From Takakia lepidozioides (lineage: Eukaryota; Plantae; Bryophyta), in assembly GCA_030704615.1 (NCBI GenBank), contig CM060733.1, positions 15,562,001 to 15,626,000 on the forward strand: a stretch of DNA of 64,000 bases, given 5' to 3'. This document shows positions 51,737 through 61,730 of the stretch, piece after piece (the first letter of the stretch is position 1; every line of letters begins with the position of its first letter). The notes below the pieces were generated by a model, which made no database searches, had not been told where the DNA came from, and saw nothing but the letters and a program-made list of their open reading frames with translations. A program made the position numbers and the translations under genes.

Positions 51737-52750
51737 GACTGTGACGGGCTGTGCCCATGGCCTTTGGGGCTGTGATGGGCTGTGAGGGCTGACAGGCCGT
51801 GCCTGAGGCCTTTGAGCTGTGACGGGCTGTGAGGGCTGTGACAGGCCGTGCCCTGAGGCCTTTGGGCTGTGAGGGGCTGTGTCAGGTGCAGGCTGTGTGT
51901 GACGGGCTGTGATGGGCTGTGACAGGCTGTGCTGGCCGTGGGGCTCTGTGACAGGCTGTGGCCTGTTGGGGCTGGGGCTGTGGGGCTGTGACAGGCCGTG
52001 CCTGAGGCCCTGTGACGGGCTGTTGTGGGCTGTGGACTGTGTGAGGATCTGTGAGGCTGTGAGGGCTGTGACAGGGTGCTGACGGGCTGAGGCTGTGACG
52101 GGCTGTGTGGGGCTGTGCCCAGTGCCTGTGGGGCTGTGACGGGCTGTGCGGGGCTGTGACGGCTGTGCTGGCCTGTTGGGGCTGTGACGGGCTGATGGGC
52201 TGTGAGGCTGTGACAGGCCGTGCCTGAGGCCTTTGGGCTGTGACGGGCTGTGAGGGTTGTGACGGCCGTGCCTGAGGCCTTTGGGGCTGTGACGGGGCTG
52301 TGAGGGGCTGTGTCAGGCCGTGCCTGAGGCCTGTGGGGCTGTGAGGGCAGGCTGTGAGGGGCTGTGACAGGTGTGAGGGCTGTTGTGAGGCCTGGGGCTG
52401 TGACGGGCTGTGAGGGGCTGTGTGTGCCTGGCCTTTGGGGCTGTGACGGGCTGTGAGGGGCTGTGAGGCCGTGCCTGAGGCCTTTGAGGCTGTGACGGGC
52501 TGTGCTGTGACAGGCCGTGCCTGAGGCCTTTGGGGCTGTGACGGGCTGTGAGGGGCTGTGACAGAGGCCTGGCTGTGAACAGGCCGTGCCTGAGGCCTTT
52601 GAGGCTGTGAGGGGCTGTGAGGGGCTGTGACAGGCCGTGCCTGAGGCCTTTGACTGTGAACTCAGGCTGACGGGGCATGTGACTGTGCCTGTGGACTGTG
52701 ACAGGCTGTGGCCGGGCTCTGTGTGTGCCCACCTGTGGGACTGTGACGGC
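51737..52750. repeat. ~1 kb GC-rich minisatellite in the retroelement leader
   Basis: ~10-bp units gggctgtga(c/g) interspersed with the higher-order motif acaggccgtgcctgaggcctttg. Confidence 0.95.
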
Positions 52751-53479
52751 TGTACCAGTGAGCTGTGTGGGCCTGTGCTGGTCTGTGGTGGCCCGTGTTG
52801 ACCTGTGGACGGCCTGTGCTGACTCGTGGAGGCACTGGTGGACTGCCTAAGGACTGGCATGTGGTCTGGAAGGCCGAATTTTGAAGCTCGTGGAGGGCGG
52901 TTTGAGGAGTATCTTCATGATATTCCCATGGTCATGCAAGTGAGGGAAGAGAGGAGAGGAAGAGTGTTGGGATGAGAGCATGCTGGGGTTAGGCATTGCT
53001 TTAGCTTCTTCCTCGTAGTTTCCACCCTCTCATTAGGCCAAGACCTTTCCGTAGGTGGAGGCAAGAGTCAGTCCGGGTTTGGGCTGGGGTGTCCTTGCAG
53101 GAGCAACACCGTGGAGTTGTTTTTTGGTGTGGGGGAGTTGTCGTTCTGATTTCTTGTGTTTGGATCCCCTCCATACCTGCATGCTTGACTGTGCGCCATG
53201 CTAGTTTTGTGTGGGCGCTTGTTTTTATAGGTGATTGGTCCGGATTTGATCACCGGCCAGTCCTAGAGCATGCTGTCGATGGTGAGGCTGGGTGATGACC
53301 AGCCAGACCATCATTGTTTCTCCTGTGGTGAGGTTGGAGGTGATGACCAGCCAACCATAGGAGTGCTTGCGGTGGATGCAGGTACAGGTGTAGGCTATGT
53401 TAGGAACTTAGTATTCCAAACCATAAGCCGCAACAGTTTCTCTACCCGGTTACCTTGTGGAGAGGGGGTTAGGGACATG

Positions 53480-54900
53480 TTCATGACCGGTTGAGTGTCA
53501 ACACGGAGGTGCCACTAGTTGCTGGGGACAGTGCCGGTTCGAGCACTAGCGATACTAGTGGGTACACGAGACGAGGTGTGCGGTTTAGGCCACCTTCACC
53601 TCCTGTGTCTTCCACGGAAGGTTCTGATTCGGATTGTGAATCAGGAGGACTCATACCGGCGGTGCAAGTTGTTTCTTTGCCATTGTTGTGGGACACAATG
53701 GAGGAGATGTATGGAGCTACCAAGGGCCACGAAGGTACTCTGGGGCGGTGGGCACCATCGAGTTGGATGATTTTATCCAAGAGTTTGATAGTTGGTGTGA
53801 TTTGCAGCAAATGCGCAATCCACAACTATTTACGCCTTTCATGGCATGGAAGGGGCTGTTTCAGCACCTTGAGGGGCCGCCTATGGATGATTACCATGAG
53901 TTCAGGCGGGGGCATGAGGTTGAGATCGAGGAGTGGAGGATGTACTGGTCACCCGACTATGTCTCCATCACTAGGGGCACTAGAGCCACGAGGGCAGTGG
54001 CTACACCTGCCGCTGCTGCACCGGCAGCTTCAGCAAGTAGCAGTGGGACTGGTGGTACAGTAGCTACGACGTCCACCCAAGCCACTACCGCACCAGCACT
54101 AGCACCCGTGCCTGCCTTCAACCCTGTTGTGGAGTTCTTCGAAGAGTTGAGAGGGAACTACCAAGGGGTGAGGACAGAGAAGTTGCGGAGCTTGCAAGAG
54201 TTCCAACGGAAGCCGACCGAGAGCTTGAGGGAGGCTTTCACTCGCATGAGGCGCTTGATAAATGTAACCCAAGGGGTTACGGAAGCTCAGGCAGTCCAAT
54301 TCTGGTATGGGATATTGGACAAGGAGCTGAGGAGAAGGGTGCGGGATGCAACTCTCCTACAAGCGGCCCAACCCACCTTAGCAAATGTGTTTTTTGCTGG
54401 CAGAGCGGATAGAGCTCAACATGGTGGAGGAACGAGTGGTCATGGTGGGATTTGCTAAGAGACACCACGGGGTAGTGGTGCTCCTAGCCAACCACTACCT
54501 CAACGTGCTCAAGGCAACAAGGGGGCTCAGGTGAAGCTCAGGGAAGGGCAGAGAGGACCTCAGATGCAGGGGTCTCTCCCTTCATTTGCTGGCCAACAAC
54601 GGGCGGATGTGGTGTGCTGGACATGTGGAGGACCCCATGTCAAGAAGGATTGCCAGAGGGAGGCAAAGGGCCGGCACATGCAGCCTGCACAGTTGCAGTG
54701 TGGGCATTGTGGCAAGCACGGGCATGGAGAGGCCCAGTGTTATGGTTTGCATCCTGAGTTGCGCCCAGGCCAGTTCCAAGGGAACAATGGTGGCCGGGGG
54801 CGAGGTGGAGCAGCCCAGAGAGGACGAGGTGGCCAGCCACGAGGCAGGCCAAGGGCAAGCTCAACGTGGCCAAGGACGCGGAGGTCAGGGTGTTGACCAA
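53480..54900 (+). CDS. gag: Gag (frameshifted in this sequence) with two zinc knuckles
   Basis: ELDDFIQEFDSWC, LQEFQRKPTESLREAFTRMRRL, AVQFWYGILDKELRRRV; CWTCGGPHVKKDC and CGHCGKHGHGEAQC. Confidence 0.8.
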
Positions 54901-55599
54901 GGCATGGCCAACCGGCTTCAGCAGCTAGAGCAGAGGCTCGCTGCCATGGCTACAGCTCAGGTGGTACCGGCTCTAAGGCCGGATGGTCCACCTCCTGCTC
55001 CTGAGGGAGGAGATATGGGAGGCATGGGATTCATGTGTGGAGCAGCACTACCACTAGTGCAGGTGGAGTCTGCTGCAGCCGTGACTCGAGGAGCAGCACG
55101 AGTTCCTGAGCCACGAGGTGCAGAGGTGGAGTTGGATCCACAGCGTGGGGAGGCAAGCCGTCAGGCTAGGCTTCCTCAGTCATTCACATTGGCGGAGACA
55201 GTGTCGACGCCATCCATGGCACCTAGTTCTCGCCCGACTGTTACCGAGGCGGAGGTTACTATGCCATTGGGGAGAGCTACACGGGTAGCACCACTACCTA
55301 GTGTTGCCAAGGCTACGGCAGCTAGTGTGCTGCTAGGAGCGGCCACATCTCTGTGTGCCAGGCTCCATTGTTCTCGGCTACCATGATTGCGACGCCGGGG
55401 GTAAGACCAGCTGAGGTGTTCAGGCTGGCAGCTACACTCTGTGAGAGTGGGGAGGTTACTTCATCTTCTGCGGAGATAGTGGGAGGTGTAGTGCCGGAGG
55501 GATCCTCGGATTTGAGGGTCAAGACTGCCACGGCGGCGCCATGGCAAGCTGCAGCTGCCAGGTTGATGGAGCTGCCAGCTAGGCCAGCCATTGAGCGCG

Positions 55600-56060
55600 C
55601 CATGGTGACACCTGGAGTTGTCATGTTAGACAACCAGGATGGCATTTTCTGTTTGAGTGGACCGGCAGGCAAGAGGTACCGGCCACTGCGGTCTTGTTGG
55701 ACTCGGGAGCTCAGCCATGATGCTGGGCAGAGCTGCTATTGCAGGCTTGGGCCTCACGGAGGCGGATATGGAGCCTTGTCCTTTCCAGATACAGACGTCT
55801 CTGGGAGGATCGGAGCAGGCTCGGGGCATGACACGGCGTGAGTTATGGCTATCAGACTCTACGGCCGGATCACCCTACAGATGGCTCAGTGATGCGAGCC
55901 AAGGCCATTGTGACAGACGCGGTCTCATACGATGTCCTGGTTGGGGGCAGTGTTGTACCCCATGGGCTTCACCCTGGATTTTTGGAGGAGTCAGCTTCCT
56001 ATAGGCTGCATGGCAGTCAGGGGAGGGCACCGGCGTGTGCAGCTTCCTGTGACGTTCATA
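55600..56060 (+). CDS. Retropepsin aspartic protease domain
   Basis: VLLDSGAQ at 55691-55714; AIVTDAVSYDVLVG. Confidence 0.8.
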
Positions 56061-56409
56061 GGAGGAGTTGCGGTTGCCCAGCGAGGCAAGATGCGACACT
56101 AGCAGCATTCACAGCGGCAGTGAGTTGGCCTAGAGAGTTGCTTGAGGGCAATGCTCATTCAGAGGATGTCCACCTCCGGGAGAAGCAGGATGACATGTAT
56201 GGTATGGCGGAGTTGCTACCATGGTGCTCAGACTCCATTGTGGGGCACGAGCAAGGATTTGCAGCGGGATGCTGATCGACGGGTGCAACAAGCCTGGGTG
56301 GAGGCTTTGTACCGTCAGGAGAGGAGAGAGTTGTGGGGATTGCACCAGGACCACCTCAGTTGTCTCCATTGGACACCACACCTATTGTGTGGCAGTATCC
56401 GGATGAAGC

Positions 56410-57345
56410 ATTTGTCTTCTGGACTTGTTTGGCGGGATCAGCACCGGATTGGCTGCTGTGTTACAGGCAGGTGTACGAGTTCGGCGTTACCTGTATGTGG
56501 AGAGGGATGATGAGACTGCACGACGCGTTTCACTTCGCCATGTTGCTCAGTTGGTGCAGCGGTACCCTTGCAATTCGTGGATATCAGCAGGCCTTGCCAG
56601 CAGACATTTTGTTGCTGGGGGGCGCAGGATTTGGAGCGGGTTGGCTCCATTGATCTGGTAGTGGCAGGTTGGCCCTGCCAAGGGCATTCATCAGCCGGGC
56701 ATGGCAATGGATTGCGAGACTCGAGGTCGGGTCTGTTTTGGGAGATGGTGCGGTTTTGCGCACTTGCAGCTTCATCAAGCTGTATCTCCAGCATACATCT
56801 TGGAGAATGTGCCACTGATGGGCGATTCTCGGGCCAGGGTGATGGCCAGTGTGCATCAAGTCCGGTCGTGGCTTGGGTCAGCAGTGTTGCTAGATGCAGC
56901 TACAGTGGGGTCACGGGCTCATCGTCACGGCTATGGTGGACTAACTTGATGCCACCCGCACTGCTCAAGCGTGCATTTGATGGGGTGCAGCGGCCAGCAC
57001 ATCTCACAGTGGATAACATTCTGGACACAGGGAGGCAGTCTCAGCGTGTGAGACACGATGACCGTTCGCCTTTGGCAGTGGTCAACAAGGTGGGTCAACC
57101 ACGAGCAGCATTACCTACACTGCTCAGCTTCCCAGGATCGCATGCTTTCCGGGATAGTGGACCTGGCCTCCTGTGGGATGCTCAGTTGCAGCAGTTAGTG
57201 GAGCCTAATGCTGACGAGCGTGAGCGGGCAATGGGTTTTACCACTGGTACCACGGCGGTGTCGTCTTTCTGAGGCATCACGTCGTCAAGTGTTGGGGCAA
57301 GCAATGGATCTCAATTGCTTGACCTGGATTATCAGCTTGGCTCTG
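56410..57345 (+). CDS. C5 cytosine DNA methyltransferase domain, Dnmt3-like, inside pol
   Basis: Motif I LDLFGGISTG; YLYVERD; motif IV IDLVVAGWPCQGHS (catalytic PC); GLRDSRSGLFWEMVR; motif VI YILENV; motif VIII LLDAATVGSRAHR.RLWWTNL; motif IX ERERAMGF; motif X RRQVLGQAM. Spread over several frames by short indels. Confidence 0.92.
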
Positions 57346-57759
57346 GCTGAGCAACGCAGAGTGCGGAGTACACTTCCCTCAATGGTCTCTCTGCCTACCG
57401 AGACGGTACAGGCAGTGAGTGGGGGCGAGCATGTGAGGACCACGGGGTGCATGCATCCATGGCACACGTGGGAGGTGCTCGAGGTTCAGAGGGATTGGCA
57501 GCCAAGGCGGCTGTGATGGATGAGGTTGGGGATTTTCTCGGGTGAGGAGGTCCTCAAGGATGAGATGATGGGGCAGGATGAGGCCTTGTCATTGACTGAG
57601 CAGGCAGGGAGTACTGCTCAAGAGGTTGCAACATAGCAACCACTGGACGCGTCCTCTACCTCTAAGCCCACTGGACTTAAGGTTGCAGTTACGGAGGACA
57701 ATTGGGAGCCTGACATTGGACCCATTGTCACCGGAGGAGAGAGACGACGTATACGGCGG

Positions 57760-59125
57760 TTCCTGAGGGCTTACAGGAATTGCTTTGCCTTCAGTTTGAA
57801 GACTTGGGAGCACTGAAGGGTCAAGAGATCCGTATTGAGTTGGCCACTGACACGCCAATCTTTCGGAGACCCTATAGATACAGTGACATGGAGAGGTCTT
57901 TGATTCAGATGAGGACTCAAGATCTCTGGGAGGCAGGTTTGGTGGAGCTCTCTGGTGGAGAGTATGCTTCAGCCACAGTGATGCCAGCCAAGAAGGATGT
58001 CTATGGCAATTGGACGGAGAGACGTATGTGCGGTGATTACCGGCCTGTAAATCGTCAGACCAAGTCCGATAAGTATGCCATGCCAACACCAGAGGAGATC
58101 TTTGATGCCATCGGGCATGCTAAGGCCTTTAGCACTTTGGATTTACGATCCGGATATCACCAGTTGCCAATCAAGGAGGCGGACAAGCAGAAGACGACAT
58201 TCTGGGGGATCAATGAGCACGGCAAGGATTGCCTATATCAGTGGCGGTTCTTACCATTTGGGCTTAAGAATGCTCCTGCAGAGTTTCAGAGAGTCATGGA
58301 TAGGATTCTAGCAGGGGTGGACTTTGCTCGGTGCTACATAGATGACATCATCATCTTTAGTGTTACGATGGAGGAGCATGAGAGACACCTTCAGGTGGTA
58401 TTGGCGCTTGAGAGCGCACGGATTGAAGTTGCATCCGGGGAAGTGCAAGTTTTTCCACAACCAGATTGAGTATCTGGGTCACATGATATATCCTGGAGGA
58501 TTGGGGGTACAGCAGACTAAGGTAGAGGCCATTGCACAAATTCCACGCCCCACGGATGTGAGCCGAGTTCGAGCTTTCATGGGGTTGGCAAACTATTATA
58601 GACGTTTGTCAAGGGATTTAGTACCATTGCAAAGGCTCTAACCAAGCTGACCAAGGTGGACCAGGAGTGGCAGTGGGAAGATGAGCAGGAACGAGCTTTT
58701 CAAGAGCTCAAGGCGAGGTTGACCTCGGCGCCTATCCTGAGACGACCTATCAGGGGGCGTCCCTTTCAGCTGCATACGGATTGGAGCATGCTGGGGCTTG
58801 GAGCGGTGCTCACACAGGTGGATGATGAGGGAAGAGAGTTTGTAGTGGCTTATGCTAGCCGCTCAAACAACGTGCAGAGGCTAAGTACAGCTCATATGAG
58901 GGAGAGTGCTTAGCTGCAGTGTGGGCCGTGGCACACTTCAGGTGCTATCTATACGGCAATCTTTTCACCCTTGTCACGGATCACCAGCCACTCAAGTGGT
59001 TGATGGAGTCAGACAAGCTTACGGGAAGCTTGCACGGTGGGCACTTATACTCCAGGAGTATGACTTTCAGGTTGTGCATCGACCGGGTTTGGTCAATCGG
59101 GATGCGGATGGATTGAGTCGCAATC
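57760..59125 (+). CDS. pol: Reverse transcriptase and RNase H (Ty3/Gypsy type)
   Basis: RRPYRYS, RMCGDYRPVN, FSTLDLRSGYHQL, LPFGLKNAPAEFQR, YIDDII, YLGH; TDWSMLGLGAVL, YASRS, LVTDHQPLKWL, ADGLSR. Confidence 0.95.
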
Positions 59126-59479
59126 CATGCATGAGCCAGCAGGATGACACTGGAGCTCGGTGGCATGGTGAGACGGACGAGGAGATGGTGCCGGGATGGC
59201 ACGCATCTGCATTTTTGTGTATCTTGGCATCGGGAGGTCAGATTGGACCTACAACAGGGATGACTGTAGACGGAGTGTCTGAGGACCCTGAGGCTAGTGA
59301 TGAGCTAGGTGGTGCCAGAGATATACATGAGGATTCGGCTGTGTTGGACTACCTCCGCACGGGAGACACGGCAGCCATTGTGACTGCCAGGGAGAGGGAT
59401 CGGATCCTGCAACGAGCCAAGAGGTTCAAGTGGGAGGGGATACACCTACTTCGAGTGTGGGAGGATGGTCGGGTGAGGA

Positions 59480-60600
59480 TTGTGCCTCACCCCACACAGC
59501 GTGCACGGTTAGTGCGGCATGCCATGAGGAGTTGGGGCATTTGGAGTGCGACGCACTCACAGTTTACTGCAGGGGCAGTATTGGTGGCGTGGTATGCATA
59601 CAGAGGTGCAACAGTTCGTGGCTAGGTGCATGGTGTGTGACAGGGTGCGTGCTTCATTCAACGCCCCTACACCACAGTTGCATCCTTTACCAATCATGGG
59701 ATTGGGCTACAGGTGGAGTCTTGACTTCGCAGGACCGTTGCCACTGACTATGCGCCACCACAGATATGTGTTGGTGATGGTGGAGCACTTCTCCAAGTGG
59801 ATTGAGTTGGTTCCATTGCCTGACAAGGCTAGTGAGGGGGGCTGCGTATGCATTCTTGGATCGTGTGCTTAGCCGATTTGGTGCTCCAGCTGAGGTACTC
59901 ACGGACCAAGGGAGAGAGTTTTTGGGGGGAGTTTCAGGCTTTGTGTGATAAAGCCTTGATAGACCACCGCACCACTTCTCGGGATCATCCTGAGGCCGAT
60001 GGCTTAGCAGAGAGAGTTGTTCAGACGGTGAAGAGGGGTTTGCGCAAGTATGGCTTGCAGAAGGGACACCTAGGAATTGGGATCTTCAGGTTCCTTGGTT
60101 AGCCATGGGCTACAGGTTCAGCAAACAAGCATCACTTGCCTCCTTCTCACCATATTTCCTTCTCTTTGGCCGAGAGCCGGATTTGCCTGCAGCCATTCGT
60201 AGGGACACTGCTCAAGTCCTTAACCTTGACGATCCGGACGTGTGGGTACGTGCATGTGATCAGCGTGCAGAGTTGTTCAAGAAAGTCATGCCCATGGCTT
60301 TTGAGAACCTTGCCATTGCACAGCACCGTGATACGTTGAGGTATGCCACTATACGTGGTGGAGGATATCGTCCTGGGGTTCGGAGGTTTAGCCCTGGTGA
60401 CTATGTTTATTTGCAGCAGACTGCTCCTACGACTCTGGATGTTACTGCAGGGCGTGTTATTCTGAGGGTTCGAGAGGTGTTGCCCTCAGGGGTCCTGATC
60501 TTGGAGGGTCGGGATGGCATGACTTGGAAGGACCATGTGCGTAATTGTGCGCCATGTCACCTTCCCAATGTCGATGGCAGAGTTGACCCAAACTTGGCAG
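59480..60600 (+). CDS. DDE integrase
   Basis: HEELGH...CMVCDR zinc motif; LDFAGPLP; VEHFSKWIE; TDQG; HPEADGLAERVVQTVK; SPYFLLFGREP. Confidence 0.92.
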
Positions 60601-60619
60601 TGGTACCTGCAGGTTTGAG

Positions 60620-60767
60620 GTGCATGCTCTGTGGGTCTGCCAAAGGGGGGCAGCCACCATGCTGGTGTGTGATCGATGCTCAAGGGGGTTGGCATATGGG
60701 ATGCTTGACACCACCTCTTGAGAAGGTTCCTGACGGAGATTGGTTGTGTCCACACTGCTTGGGATAG
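60620..60767 (+). CDS. C-terminal PHD finger of pol
   Basis: CMLC...MLVCDRC..GWHMGCLTPPLEKVPDGDWLCPHC (C4HC3, with a local frameshift), then TAG. Confidence 0.9.
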
Positions 60768-61016
60768 TGGCAGTGGACATGACTGGAGGCAGCTAACAAG
60801 ACATGGGAGGCCAAGCTCATAGGAGTCAATACATGAGATCCCAAGCTCAAGTTCACAGGTTGCAAGACGGCGACTAACGATGGGGCAACTCTTGCACCCG
60901 GCCTCTTGATCTATCGAGTTTGAGTGTAGTAGGGATAGTGGTGGAGGACTTAGTGAGGCTATGGTCACTATCACATCTTGTGGCTACCTGGACTTAGAGG
61001 GACCTAAGCACCAGCT

Positions 61017-61026
61017 AGGGGGGCGA
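61017..61026 (+). promoter_or_regulatory. Putative polypurine tract
   Basis: aggggggcga immediately precedes repeat B1. Confidence 0.55.
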
Positions 61027-61214
61027 TTGTGTGGACTAGTGACTGCCATAGTGGGCAGCATAGTGGCAGCCTAGTGACTGACTAGTTGTAGCCTAGTGGT
61101 TGGACTAGTGGCTGGACTAGTGGTGGACTAGTGGTATACTAGTGTGTGGTGTGCACATGTGTTGTGTGGTTTTGGACAGCGAGTAGTTGTGTAGCGATAT
61201 GTATGCGCACGACA
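61027..61214 (+). repeat. Terminal repeat B1
   Basis: ttgtgtggactagt...gcgcacgaca matches 61542-61730. Confidence 0.95.
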
Positions 61215-61216
61215 GC

Positions 61217-61541
61217 TGTCAAGTTATTTTACCACTAGTGTGAAACTAGCTAGGAAATAGCTAGCTTTTACATATTGACATTTGGGATTGGCCCAAGTGT
61301 CAATCCAAGGGTCAAGGCAGATTTAGGCCCTGGAGTGGTTATCTTCACGGCAAGCGCGGAAGGCTCATCTTTCTCGAGTTGAGCCTCACCGCGCCTAGCT
61401 ATGGCGCCGTAGTGTGGATTCCCCATGGCGTGGGGTGCACTTGGCTTGACTTGTATTTGAGTGATGAGGTTATATATGCATGAGTTTATGCTTCAGCTTT
61501 GTGAGCTCGCATGAGCTTGTGCTTGTATTCTTTCTTTATCA
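61217..61541 (+). repeat. Terminal repeat A2
   Basis: Near-identical to 49984-50310. Confidence 0.95.
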
Positions 61542-61730
61542 TTGTGTGGACTAGTGACTGCCATAGTGGGCAGCATAGTGGCAGCCTAGTGACTGACTAG
61601 TTGTAGCCTAGTGGTTGGACTAGTGGCTGGACTAGTGGTGGACTAGTGGTATACTAGTGTGTGGTGTGCACATGTGTTGTGTGGTTTTGGACAACGATGT
61701 AGTTGTGTAGCGATATGTATGCGCACGACG
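61542..61730 (+). repeat. Terminal repeat B2
   Basis: Near-identical to B1 (1 internal substitution, 1 indel, terminal A vs G). Confidence 0.95.

Larger units (their letters stand above)
49984..61730 (+). mobile_element. Ty3/Gypsy-type retrotransposon carrying a Dnmt3-like methyltransferase and PHD finger, with split direct repeats, nested in Copia
   Basis: Domain order gag-PR-DNMT-RT-RH-IN-PHD. Termini TGTC...GAC(G). Flanked by taag/taag (or ctaag/gtaag) TSD. Copia pol resumes after 61730. Confidence 0.93.

Noticed and set aside
51712-52860. 382-aa minus-strand ORF
   Set aside because: It is the translation of the minisatellite, whose reverse strand lacks stop codons. Low-complexity S/P/T/H/Q product with no evidence of being a gene.
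56410-57345. Host DRM/DNMT3 gene or bacterial restriction-modification contamination
   Set aside because: Intronless, collinear within pol between PR and RT, inside the terminal repeats. Motif order is not DRM-permuted and no restriction enzyme is nearby.
49984-61730. Classification as a DIRS/PAT/Ngaro tyrosine-recombinase element
   Set aside because: No YR domain was seen. It has a protease, Gypsy-type RT/RH, a DDE integrase, TG..CA-type ends and a TSD.
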